From: Cirrosporium novae-zelandiae
Lineage: Eukaryota
NCBI GenBank assembly: GCA_026023565.1
Contig: JAPETS010000022.1
Location: 124,001 to 188,000 of the forward strand
Length of the DNA stretch: 64,000 bases
Direction: 5' to 3'
This document shows positions 1 to 12,108 of the stretch, one piece after another. The position numbers were made by a program, and so were the translations under genes. Within the stretch, counting starts at the first letter, position 1, and each line of letters opens with the position of its first letter. The notes under the pieces are model-generated. The model was not told the DNA's origin and did not search any database. It worked only from the letters and a program-made list of their open reading frames with translations.

Positions 1-2185
1 GGATTATTCGTCACAACATTGGGCGAGGGAACCGAAGAAGCCGAGGAGGAGCGAGCAGGGCTAGCAGCGCGCTGGGAAAGGGGTGCTGGTGAAGGTGAAG
101 GAGCGAGCGTAGTACAACCATTTGAAGATGTAGGTTTAATGGAAGCGGGTGCTGTAGCAGAGACAGGAGTCGGAGCTGGGGTGGATTGTGTAGAGGATAC
201 GGTCGTTGTCGCATAGGTTGTCTGCCCTGTGGTGGGCATGGGACCGGAGTAGATCTGGCCTAGTTCACCAGGAGCAAAGGATAGACATGAACAGAAACCA
301 TCAGAGGAGGTCATAAGGAGGGTCAAACCATCGGTTGACCTAGAAAGCACCAAATTAGTCCTGGAAAATCCACTCGCAATCATTTATATTAGAAATCTTA
401 CCAAGTGAGATCTGTAAAGGTTGCAAAATGCAAGTTATTCACGATACACAAAGGAGTCTGCTGTTGCGTATCATATACCAGGACAGCATCTTGTGTCGCA
501 ACAGCATACACTATTCGATAAGGAAGCGCGAACACTGGGGTGGGCCCGGGTACTGATGAGCTATTTTCAGCATCTGGATTAGGAGATGAAGCTGGCTGCG
601 ATGGTTCACTGGAAGGAGTCTTGGATTTGGTAGGTGGGGGTGGTTGAATAAATCCGTTGGGCGCAGGGCTCGAGGTTGGGACAATTGGTTCAGGAAGAGA
701 CGTCATAGGCTCATCCGCAGAGGAGGTGTCTATTGTAATATTTGTTGTTGTCTCTTTCTTGGCTTGACGGTGGGTGTAGTATATTGGTGAACATTTCACG
801 GCTACAGAAGGTTTTTTGTGTCCTGGCAGATGCGCTATTGGAGGTTTGTTGAAGCCAGCTCTAGTGTAAATGTAAACGGTATTTATTACATCATCCGGTA
901 ACTTCATATAATCTGGGCCGGGTGGGTAAGATGTTTTGAATTGGCCGGCAGGTGTGAATAGTAAGCTTCCGTCAGGCGCAAATGTGAGCCGTCTAAAGAA
1001 TGACGTGAAGGTTTCGTTGGCGTAGATATTGACATTCCTTAAACCCAGTGAAGCAAAGGGATTCGGGGATGACTCCATAGGCTTGACGGCTGGTAGTGGC
1101 ATAGAGGGTGCAGGAGAAGCTGATCTTCGGATCGACGCGGCTGATCCAAATGATGATCTCCGACTATGAGAGACTGGTGGAGGGTTCATTGGGAGAGGCA
1201 CGGTCATTGGCGTTCCGGGAGTCGACGGAGCTGGGGATGCCATAGATATAGATGACGATCCTTCCGTAGGAGGTTGTGCTCGTACACCAAATTCAGGTGG
1301 CGCTGGGCTGTTGGCTGAAGCCCGTCGAGCCGGCAGGTCCATCTTTGTAAATTTTCCATGTTGTGTCAAAGAGCAAGTACCATCCTTTTGCTTGAGGGTA
1401 TAAATGTGTACAGATCGGTCTGAGGATTGGGTTGCAACAAATTCGTTCAATGGATCCCATGCAACGCCTTGGACGTAGTGGTTGTGTTCTGCGATCTGCC
1501 GAACCATCTGGCCTTGAAGCTGTTAGTGACAATCCCAATGGTTTCCTGGGCTTGGTAATTACCATTTTGGGAATTGTATATTCTAGCGATATTATCCATG
1601 CTTCCTGTGATAAAGAAAACACCATCCGGCGACCAAGCCAAGTCGTATATCTCCGAGATTGACGACCGACACATGTGCTTCACCCGCCAAGTTTCCTTAT
1701 CTTCCGAAGAATCTTCACCCAAGGTTGATAATGGTGTGTCAGAAGGCACCCATAGCAGTACATTTCCGTCGTCACCTGCTGATGCAAGCATTTCGCCTAC
1801 TCAGTGTCAGCAATCAATCTGTCTGGGCATATACTTGGAGAAAACAAACCTCTTGGGGAAAAGCGAACAACATTGACGGCTTGAGTATGCTTGATCAGAG
1901 TAGTCAAATAGGTCACCTTCCGCTCCTCTCCTGCTGATTCTACTCTCCATAACTTTTCGTAGGTTCAATCAGTCTCGATGCCGACGGGGTGGGTAGGGGA
2001 AGGGAAGGCTGCATACTCGAACATTGTTATCTCTGCCTGACGGTTAGTAAAGTCGCGCATTAATGGAAGTCAGAAACTCACCCTCCAGCTGTAGCTAATC
2101 GACCTTTCCCACGAGGCTCAAAGTGTGCCGAATAAATGGGGGCATTTTCATTGTGCCAAGATATCAAGAGAGGGGCTGCTTTCAT
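1..2185 (-). CDS. CAC2: Chromatin assembly factor 1 subunit B (Cac2/p60-like WD40 protein); multi-exon, 3' end runs off the window start
   Basis: Spliced N-terminus MKAAPLLISWHNENAPIYSAHF...RLATAGG-DNNVR-LWRVE...[25 protein letters not shown]; WD repeats IYDLAWSPDG, HNHYVQGVAWDP; FFRRLTFAPDGSLL; NLHFATFTDLTW; 16-nt microexon at 2017-2032. Confidence 0.92.
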
Positions 2186-2274
2186 CTTGACCGAGGGGTA
2201 GCCAGACTGATTATGTTGGTAATTTTGGAGCAAAGTAAAGTCAGGATGGATAATTAAATCCCTGACGACTTTGA

Positions 2275-2280
2275 ACGCGT
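2275..2280. promoter_or_regulatory. MCB element (ACGCGT) about 90 bp upstream of the CAF-1B start
   Basis: Exact MluI cell-cycle box in front of an S-phase chromatin gene; a single hexamer could occur by chance. Confidence 0.4.
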
Positions 2281-4546
2281 AAAAAGGTGGGAGATATTTT
2301 TGTATTTGAGTGATGGGGGGAGGGGGGAATCGGTATGGTTCAGAAAGATGAGTTGAATGTTTCACCTTCTAAGCTAGGGGAGAAATGTATCAATGGGTTT
2401 TCAATGGAGGTCAAGCATGATGCATTAGAATTGTGTAGAAAAGGAAGCTTTTGAAGGCTGAAGGGGGGGAGAAATATTTGGTGAACGGGAGAAACGGGAT
2501 AAGTTTAAAGATTCTGGGGGTATAATAGAGGAAAGAAGGAGGAAGGAGAAAGTAGAAAGTAGGAAGCGTCAATGTTCAGTGTTCAGTTTGATTGATGTGT
2601 GATCCAGATCCAACGATACTGAGATACAGCTGTGTTGCTGCTGCCGTGCTGCATTGAAGAGAGACAATACATACCAATACATACCAATACACAAATAACA
2701 CAAATAACTTACCAGTGACCAATAAAGCTTTAGGGAAGAAGGGAAAGAATTCAATTAAATCAACCAATAAGAAGTCAAAGACTAGTCACTGGCGCCTCTG
2801 TCACCGAGGCAAACAAACAGCGACAACAGCCACTTAGCGACTACTCTAACCTTGACTAGGCTAGACTAAAGCAAACAGGGCAAACAGAGCAAACAAGACA
2901 AATTCAATGGAACTGAAGGAACCACAAGAAGAACGTCTATTAAATACCTGGAGACCTTTGCTAACCAATAACATGTAGACTACTTTCAAAGTACTTGCTT
3001 TCCTCATTCGGCTACTGCTTACTGGAAATTTATCTGTATCCATTGTACTTTGTAATAACATGGTAATGAATCCCTCCCCAAGGCCAAGACTTGGCAAGGA
3101 ATCCGCTGTCACTTTCCTCCTTTTTTTCCCATCTAACAAAGAAACATGTCTTAATAATAACTATTTGCTTTCAATCCAAGTCAGCGTGCTGCTTCCCAGT
3201 ATACAGAATCATAGATAGGTGAGAGCTTTTCAACATAGACATCCAACAATACTTTGTTCATAAGTTATCCTGTTCAAAAATATTAATCCAAAACCTATTC
3301 CCTATCGTTCACCGTTGAACTTGACCATTATTTACCCCATCATGAGCCTTATTCAATACCTAAAGCATAAAAGCAAGGCCCTCCCCTTGTCACTACCTTG
3401 GATTCCTGTTTCTTGTACTGTTTCTGAACTCTACGATGTTTCTGGACGCTGCGTCCTCTGATTTGTATTTTTCGGCTTCCAAACCATGGCCACCATCTTG
3501 TAATTGATTTCCGCCAGAAATGCAATTCAAGCATATGACAGCATGCCCAAGACAAACTTCAACAATCTTATATCTCTGACACTACATCAAATTGTCGCCG
3601 AAGACTGGGTCATAGTAGACCATATGGTCGCAGAAAGCTCTGGCGCATAGAGGACGAGATATACTGGCGGGATGATTAAGTACTGGTGGAAGGTAAATTT
3701 GAGCTTTCTCAAGGAAGTGCTGTTGTCATGAGAATTCCGGTTGGAAGGGATATCTTTGGGTTGATCTAACTCGATGGAGGTCCTAGGAAGAAATGGCAGA
3801 AGGCGGGTTCTTCCAAACATGAATTTAGAGCCTGTTAAAGTGAAAAACTAAGATGGTAAGTTGTTACAACAAAAAGTGAAAGTTACCTACCTACCTAGAT
3901 GCTCTCAAAAAACATTTACCTACACCTAAAAGTATTATCCCTTTCTATCGAGGCAAGCATCTCCTCAATATCACTAAACAAAGTCACTAGCCCAGTGAAA
4001 AGTACACTTTGAGCCACCACATATTTCTGCATTATATAACAACAATTCTCTCTTTCTCCATCTCTCCACTTTAGATGTCCTTCTGTCTTTATAACTTTGA
4101 TCTTTTATAATTATATAAATAATTATTATTCACGGTTTCTATCCAGAGATACTAAGAATACTAAACAACCAAGAAATAAAATCCGATGCTCACCAAAAGA
4201 GTTCGTTATGACATCATCCATTCACGGGGGAAAGTAGATGTGGGCCTCGACTAGTATTTACGACAGCGAGAAGAATTTAAAGTTCATGAAGAGCAGGATT
4301 AAAAGAGGAATATAGAGAAGAGAAATCGTTTATAGGTATTCTGGAATATTTTGACAACTCCATCCATAATGCAGAAGATTGACGAAGAGAATATGCGTTC
4401 CACGAACACCCCGTCCGATCCATACACCAAGATCTGAGCTTAGTCCCCCATGCCAGCAGGTAAAATACACCCTTTGCAGAATATAAAAATTGCTAAAGGC
4501 ACCAATGGCAACACAAAAAGCCAATTTCATTCATGCGTGCCAAACC

Positions 4547-4726
4547 CTAACGGCACCCGGGACACATCCCCTCAAACACCTCAGTCCGATGGCCCAAGTC
4601 CTCACAGTTGATCCAATCCTCAGAGCATTTATCCCAGGTTTCGTATGTGTGCCCGCAGGCCAAGAACTTCATTTTAATGAGGATGCAGGTGTTGATAAGA
4701 TACGTGGGAATGACAATAGCGAACAT
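4547..4726 (-). CDS. Putative small Cys/His-rich protein (about 59 aa), possibly metal-binding
   Basis: MFAIVIPTYLINTCILIKMKFLACGHTYETWDKCSEDWINCEDLGHRTEVFEGMCPGCR; C..CGH..C..C..CxxC pattern; TA-rich tract upstream near 4900. Confidence 0.4.
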   Translation of the reverse strand: MFAIVIPTYLINTCILIKMKFLACGHTYETWDKCSEDWINCEDLGHRTEVFEGMCPGCR

Positions 4727-5742
4727 CTTCGATAGCTGTAGCAGTAGTTGATGAGAGAGGAGTGGAGGTTTGGAGGGTTTAAGGAGGTCTGGATAAATGA
4801 AATGGTATGAGAATCCGAACGGATTTGTCTGATATATAGTATTCTGGTCCCGAAATTCATGAAGATAAAAGCTTAAATAGAAGCATGTTTGGTAGCAATA
4901 TATATACAAATTGACACGCGTTCATGAGCGCAATATCCAGTAGGGAGCCCTGGAAGAAACATTATGCCGGCGGGCTTGTTCACAGCCCCCATAGAGCATA
5001 TTTAGAACGAAACTTGAAAATCGAGGAGATAGAATTAGAAATCGTTTAGTCCGACAATGAATTTGAGAAGATGCCGTATGCAGGCAGGCTTCTTCGATCT
5101 GTCAAACCGCAAATATCCGTAGAAGAATGAAGACAACAACATGACTGAGGTTGTGTCACGTCGTGGAGTTTGTGGAACAACGGCACATGGCAAAACTGTT
5201 GAAACTCGAAGAGTGGGTAGAATAATCAAGATCTCCGGACTTAATCCAATTGGATAGCTGTGACCAAGGCGTGGTTCGCGTGTTGAGCATGAAGCCCTAG
5301 GTCGTTGACAGCTGTTCAATGATTGGTATTCTCCGAGATATTTGTGTCGCGTTGGACAATACAACCTTAATCCGGGCTGTTCTCCGAGTTATACAATGCG
5401 CAAAACTCCCCCATCTCAAATCTTGAGATTATGGAGAGACAAACCATACCATAGATAAAGACAAATATTCTAGAGGTAACAAATCACAACCTGAAACTTG
5501 TAACAGACGGAATAAAAGTCATGATGGACGCACAAAAATAAGATGATGAAAATGATTGGTAACCAAACATTTGTCTATATTTCTAGATCCGCTTAACGTC
5601 AAAATATGGTACAAGAACATGATTAGGGGGGCTTGAAACCACACCGTTGCACTCGTATATATGCCTATACCTTTCATGCCATAGAAGCCTTTCGAGAAAG
5701 GAGCCGTATCTCTAGCGTTTATTGGCGAAAATCCGTCGAAAT

Positions 5743-7760
5743 TTATTTACCGGTGTCTGCGAAGACCTGTTTTACAAGATTTTTTTTGTTAACTATATCC
5801 AATCATTAGTATCAATCTACATCATATCTCAAGAAAAAAGGGTTAACTTGCTCTTCCCCATCGCATTTTTAGGAATGCTCTCGACAACTTTCATCTCCTG
5901 TGGAATCTTGTAATTGGCTAGCTGATCCTTGAGTGCTCGTCGCATGTCCATGATACCCCACTGCTTCCCGCCTCGTCCAGTATTGACCTGGTCAGGCTTC
6001 AGGACGATGACGGCCGCAACCTTTTGACCCCATTGCTCTGAGGGAAGACCCACCACAGCAGCCTCGGCAATTTGAGGTCTGAGAATGTTAGAAGAATGCG
6101 AAAATATAGAAAAGGGTGTAGAGTAAACTCACAGCGAAAGCAACTCTCTCTCAATCTCTAAAGCACTAACCTTTTCACCCCCACTTTTAATGATATCCAC
6201 ACTCCTCCTACCCCTAATAAAATACATTGGGCCCTTGGTCCACCCCTGCTCACTCTTCCCTACCCCTTGGACAAACTTTCTTGTTGCTACATCTCCCGTC
6301 TTGAACCACTTTCCTTGCCCATCCTTATCCTCAGTATGTTCCTTCATCGTCGCCTCTAGGTTGTTCCAATATTCTCGGAATATTGTGGGACCGCGAAGTT
6401 GGATCTCACCTTCACGCTCCTTGCCTTCAGATGTTAATTCTTCCCCCTCCTTGATGACCTCATTGCTTTCAGTATCTACAAGACGAACTTGGACAGAGGG
6501 AAGGGCCCAGCCAACACTACCGTCGACTCGATCATCAAAGGAGAGGCCGCAAGAAAGGGCCATGCCCACTTCGGTCATCCCATAGCGCTCCAAAAGAACA
6601 TTTCCATTGCTGAGTTCCTTCCACGCTGCTTTTGTGGGGGTAGGTAATGCGGCTGAGCCAGATATGTTTAAGCGGAGATGTTCAGGAGAAATGGCCTTGC
6701 GCGTTGCTTCCTGAAGTTCGGGTGAGAGGCTCGAATGAGAGGGGAGGAGACGATTGTAGATTGTTGGAACTGCAGTAAAGAAGGTAATAGGAGATTTTTT
6801 CGGGGATCCATTAGGTAGAAACGGGGCGGCGAAACGATTCCAGACAGCGTTCAGGTTGAACGGAAACAAAAATTCAATGGTAGAACCAGCAAGCAGAGGC
6901 GTCATTATAGCATTGATAGTACCATGAATATGATGAAGGGGAAGTACATGAAGGAGGTGATCTTTCGGAGTATAGTTCCAGGCTTTCATTAAGGATCGGG
7001 CTTGCGCTGTAAGGACCGATTCCGGAAGCAAAACGCCTTTCTAGATTAACAATTAGAACTATTACTTCAGGATCCCCATCTTTCTACTATACCGGACGGT
7101 TCGTAGTGCCTGAAGTATATAGCATCATGCCACTTTTGTCAAAATTCAGATTTTCCAAATGGACTTGCTCAGCAACTCTCTCCTCACCCATCTGTTTCTC
7201 AACTAAATCATACACTACTTCTCTCTCTAATCCTTCCTTGAGCACATCGTTGGCCTTGTCCTTAAATTTATCCGAGGAAAGAAGCATTAATGCGCCACTT
7301 TGTTGCATGATATAGCGTAATTCGCCGGGAGGAAAGTTGGGAGACATTGGAATTGCAATTGCGTTGCAACTAAGGATTGCCAGCAAGGTCACTAAAAGCC
7401 CGTCAATTGAATTCATTGACATATGTGAAACGTCGAATGCGCACCTACATAGTCATACCCATTTTCTACTAGGAAAGCTATTCTCTGTCCTTCCAATTTG
7501 TCGCTAGCTTTCCTATTTAATTTGTCCTTGGCTGCGGCGACATCTTGAAGAATATTTCCATACTTAAAGCTTCGACCGGAGTTGGAATGTATAATAGCTG
7601 TATGCTGAGGGTCATGATTTGCAATTGCCTCAAAGACAGGTAATCTAGGAAGAGTGGAAGCCATTCGGAGAAAGCGGAGGGTTATTGCTGATCGCTTAGG
7701 AGTCAATTGAAGAATTGAAGTTCGCAATGGTATAGAAAAAAGTGAGGTGAAGATAGGCAT
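5743..7760 (-). CDS. AMP-binding acyl-CoA synthetase, malonyl-CoA synthetase (ACSF3/MatB)-like; multi-exon
   Basis: YTSGTTNRP-KG P-loop split by an intron, LPLHHIHG, LLERYGMTE, WFKTGD, IIKSGGEKVSALEIERE, IPKNAMGK-VNKK; basic, acid-free N-terminal extension before a second in-frame ATG at 7664. Confidence 0.9.
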
Positions 7761-8195
7761 GTTGGCAAGGATGGAAATATATCCACTCAATCATTATTAT
7801 TACTAGTGGGAATATGTAACCTGTACTGATAGGGTCGGGTTGAAGGAGGGGCGCGGTGGAGGAAGCAAGTCTAGGTCCAGGATGAAGTACATCATCGGTT
7901 CGGTGACTTCTTCGGTCAGCACCGTGGCGTGGGCGGCTTATCTTAGCCTCATTGAACCCATTAGACCCCGTGTAAGGCTGCATGATTACCGGAGTCGGCG
8001 GTATCGTCCCGAAAGTACCCAGAGGTACCCAGTGTGCCAGTAGCCAGGAAGACATTTATGATTTGAAAGCCTTTTACTTGGTTATTGACCCTTTACCAAT
8101 TCTCCACATCTTCAACATTTGTGGATTCTTATCATGACTGGTCACTAAATATTGACGTGTTCTTAAACGTGCAGAGTAAGAGATCATATTTTCGT

Positions 8196-8726
8196 ATGTT
8201 CTCACGTAGCCTACGCGCCGCATTCCGGCGTCCAATGTCGACAATGGCTACCTCCATGACTCCAGTGGAAGATGCTATAAGAACCAAAGTAAGATCTTCT
8301 CTACGATTCTTATGATATGATTCATTGTCTAACCAATTCCAAAATAGATAAATGATGCTTTAAAACCTTCCAGGCTAGAGATTGCCAATGACTCCGGCTA
8401 TCATGCCCATCACTCCCCAATGGCAGGGAGTGTATCAAAAGAGACACACTTCAGGTTTGGTCACCGCTACGCATTCCAACTCTTCTCGCATCTCTCTAAT
8501 CTGCCTCCTCAATAGAATCTACATAACATCTGAAGCATTCAAGTCCAAGATGCAGCCAGCTCGCCATCGTATGATCTATAGTCTGTTGAAAGATGAGCTG
8601 CAACGAGAGGGCGGAATACATGCCCTACAGCTCCAGACTAGGACTCCCGAAGAGGAGGAAAGGATATCAGCGCGCGAGAAAGCCGAGAAAGGGAAAGAGT
8701 TTGCTGAAGTTGAAAACAAAAGTTGA
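8196..8726 (+). CDS. BolA family protein (Bol1/BOLA1-like, probably mitochondrial); 3 exons
   Basis: MFSRSLRAAFRRP presequence-like start; VEDAIRTK-INDALKPSRLEIANDSGYHAHH...ETHFR-IYITSEAF...ARHRMIYSLLKDEL...GIHALQLQTRTPEE. Confidence 0.9.
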
Positions 8727-9086
8727 ACGGTGTCCGGACGAATGGTAGAGAAATTTGTATTAAAAAGAGAATGCATGATAACTGAAAAGACAATTTTACT
8801 CTCTAGTTTTTGGAGGGCATCCTGGTCAATCTTGTGGAATATATATCGAAGACCTGTGTAAAATATTATGGTTTTCAAGAATGGATGTTTTTGAATTGAA
8901 AAGGATGTCCGTGGATGAACAATCCTGCGAGCCTGCACATTAGGAATTCCAAGCCACCATCAATGATAGCAGCCTTGAGGATGGGTATCTTGCTAGTCTT
9001 CAACAAGATCTTCTTCCAATAATTTGTTAAATACATATGCATAGGGCTCCAAAACACAAAAGATTCAAGGACAAGTTCCATTGCTG

Positions 9087-9157
9087 TGCCCAACCCAGGA
9101 GTCGAACCTGGATCTAGAGAGCCACAATCTCTTGTGATACCGTTACACTAGTTGAGC
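9087..9157 (-). tRNA. tRNA-His (GUG), intronless
   Basis: Acceptor stem GCTCAAC/GTTGGGC, D-arm region TAGTGTAACGGTATCAC, anticodon stem AGAGA/TCTCT with loop TTGTGGC, T-loop GGTTCGACTCC, discriminator A. Confidence 0.95.
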
Positions 9158-9643
9158 TGCGGTAATTTTTGGCTAGCGTTTGATGTCCAGAGACAGTGGA
9201 AAGAAATTTTATATTTGGCCCAGCAGAAGGTGGGTCATGGATCCCGAGTCGCTAAGACCATTTGTGCTGGACTCTCCTCAATACATGTACTGCACTGTAA
9301 AAATTCAAGCGAGTGAGGGAAATTTGATGACTGTACGAGTTTCAAGTGTAGAATATCAATTCCTAGATGGCATTAAGGGTTCCATCACTGTAAAGTCGAT
9401 TGCTTTAAAATACATCAATATTGAGTATCATGGTAAGTCAAGTTACACTGCTTTTTGAACTGGGAACAATATTTATCCCGGCCATCTCTCGAAATCTTTA
9501 GGGTTTCCCCGCGCACAGTGTAAGCGAAATCGCCCACGGACTGAATTTCGAGCTTCACTAACCTAGCAGTCAGCGACAAAAACCCTCCCATCCACTCCCT
9601 TTATTTCCCTAATTCACAACAGTCTCGCACTAAACTAAAGAAA

Positions 9644-10601
9644 ATGGCTGATGCACCACGCGGAGGCGCTGCCCCAGCTGGCGGACGCGGCGGATTTGGA
9701 TCTCGGGGAGACCGCGGAGGCCGTGGCGGTGGTCGCGGAGGACGACGTGGACCTCGTCGACAGGGAAAGAGTGAAGAAAAAGAATGGCAGCCAGTTACAA
9801 AGTTGGGCCGATTGGTAAAGGCTGGAAAGATCCAGAGCATGGAACAGATTTACCTGCATTCTCTGCCTATCAAGGAATACCAGATTGTGGATTTCTTTTT
9901 GCCCAAGCTTAAGGATGAGGTTATGAAGGTATGAGTGACATACTTGAGCAAATTGAGCAGACTCAAATTTGAATTTATATTCTGTTATCGATGGAAATTA
10001 CGAGACTGATATAAATTTTCACCTTCAGATCAAACCCGTCCAGAAACAAACCCGTGCCGGTCAACGTACCCGATTTAAGGCCATTGTCGTTATTGGTGAC
10101 TCCGAAGGTCATGTTGGTCTCGGTATCAAGACCTCCAAAGAAGTTGCTACTGCTATCCGTGCTGCTATCATCATTGCCAAGCTCAGTGTTCTCCCCATTC
10201 GACGAGGCTACTGGGGTACCAACCTTGGTGAACCTCACTCTTTGCCCGTGAAGGAAAGCGGGAAGTGTGGTTCCGTTACTGTTAGGGTAGGTTTTACATT
10301 GTCTGTTATCGTTTGGGAATGTTAGTCTAAAGAGGTTCCATAGTTGATTCCTGCCCCACGAGGAACTGGCCTTGTTGCCTCACCAGCCGTCAAGCGTCTT
10401 CTCCAACTTGCCGGTGTCCAAGATGCCTACACCTCCTCCGCCGGTTCGACCAAGACCCTTGAAAACACCCTCAAAGCCACTTTCGTCGCCGTCGGCAACT
10501 CATACGGTTTCCTCACACCAAACCTGTGGAAGGAGACTAAGCTCGTGCGGAATCCTCTAGAGGAATATGGCGATGTTCTCAGGGAAGGAAAGAGATACTA
10601 A
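9644..10601 (+). CDS. RPS2: 40S ribosomal protein S2 (uS5); 3 exons
   Basis: RGG-rich N-terminus; [49 protein letters not shown]. Confidence 0.98.
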
Positions 10602-10934
10602 ACGATTGTTATGAAGGGGTTTGTTGTAGATGGCATGATGTGCACAAGTTTCTATGCTGGAGAGATTTTTTACTGCAAAATGTGAAAGAATGGGTGAATC
10701 AAGGAATGGCATCTCTCTAGCAAGGTGCTTAGTCTCTCGGAATGGAAACGAAAATTTCTTCAAGCTAAAACTGCCTTGAGTTTGCGTCTGTATAATGTCT
10801 TTGATTATCCTCCCGCACTAATTCCCATGCTCTCTCTCGGGTTGTACTATTTATATGCGCTCGATGATAGGGAAATTTCTCATAGTTTCTACTCACATTG
10901 CATTATCAAGGAATAATCTACCGAAATAACATGT

Positions 10935-11887
10935 CTATGGTAAAGTATATGCGCCGTCTACAATGACATTGGCCCCTAGAACCAGTCAATTGTTGTCAGA
11001 GGACCCAACGAATGATTACTTACCTGTGACATAGCTCGAGGCGTCACTAGCCAGATAAACGAAAGAGCCTTTCAACTCATAGGGATCGCAAAATCGTCCA
11101 ATTGGCGTCATCTGTAACCAAGCCGATTGCCATTCCTCAGGGAGCTCACCAATCACTAATAGACAGGGGCATTAGCTCCTGTAGTCTGTTAACATAATCG
11201 AGGAGACGTACTATCTGTCGAGATAAAGCCTGGACTAATACAATTGACCCTTGCAAAGTCAGCCCACTCCACCGCTAAGCACCTAGCCAATTGTACAACC
11301 GCTGCTTTTGAGGCGTTGTACGCTGCCTGCCTCTGGGGAAGATTGACCAAAATTGCAGACACTGAGGCTGTGAAGATAACATTCCCAGAACCTTGCTTAT
11401 GGAATATCTTCCCTGCTGCTTGTGCAGTGTAAAAGGCACCATCCAAGTTAACCTTCATCATGTTTGAGAAATCATCGGGAGTACATTCAAGGGCAGACAC
11501 GTGCTGAGTGATACCTACCAGAATGACCTAGGTCAGAATATGCACACCTCGGCGGTGTCCTTGGAACTCACCGGCATTCGCAACAGCAATATCCAACCGT
11601 CCAAATTCCTGATGAATCTGATTTATAGTCGAGGTAATGCTATCGCAGTTCCTCACATCAGCTTGATAAGCCTGAACCTTCTGGCCTGTTGCCTTTGCAA
11701 TCTCTTCAGCTTTCGCAGGAGCATCCTTGGTCGTGCTGTAGATGAGTGCAACATCTGCCCCCGCTTCTGCAAGCCCCCTTGCTGCTTCAAGCCCAATGCC
11801 TCGAGCACCACCTGTTACAGCCGCGACTTTCCCCTTGAGTGAGAATTGAGAGAGGACGGGGGTATTTGGGGGTTGAGGGATAGGCAT
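10935..11887 (-). CDS. Short-chain dehydrogenase/reductase, L-xylulose reductase / NADP-mannitol dehydrogenase-like; multi-exon
   Basis: [18 protein letters not shown]ossmann motif, VANAG, FTASVSA, catalytic [15 protein letters not shown], terminal exon [13 protein letters not shown]. Confidence 0.9.
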
Positions 11888-11988
11888 TTTTAGGACTGGT
11901 GGGGTGGAGATTGCACAATTCAAATGGGAGTACTTGGTCGGTACTTTATGAATTGGAGATGAGATGGGAGAAGATAGAAAATACTTTC

Positions 11989-12108
11989 GCGGGGAAGGGA
12001 TTTCTGTTCGGCTAAACAGGGTCGTCCAAGACAGACAAGCATTGTTACCCCATGGTGGAGGGGGACTTGTGGAACTACAAAATCACTTCCAATGATGATG
12101 AGGTGGGG
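11989..12108. promoter_or_regulatory. Candidate XlnR-type site (CGGCTAAA, 12009-12016) flanked by CreA-type SYGGRG sites
   Basis: GCGGGG 11989, GTGGAG 12055, GTGGGG 12103 and GGCTAAA, all within about 220 bp upstream of the SDR ATG. Confidence 0.4.

Noticed and set aside
2780..4200. Possible transposon or pseudogene relic (short ORFs, GCAAACAG repeats)
   Set aside because: No TIRs, LTRs, target-site duplication or transposase/RT motifs could be identified by eye
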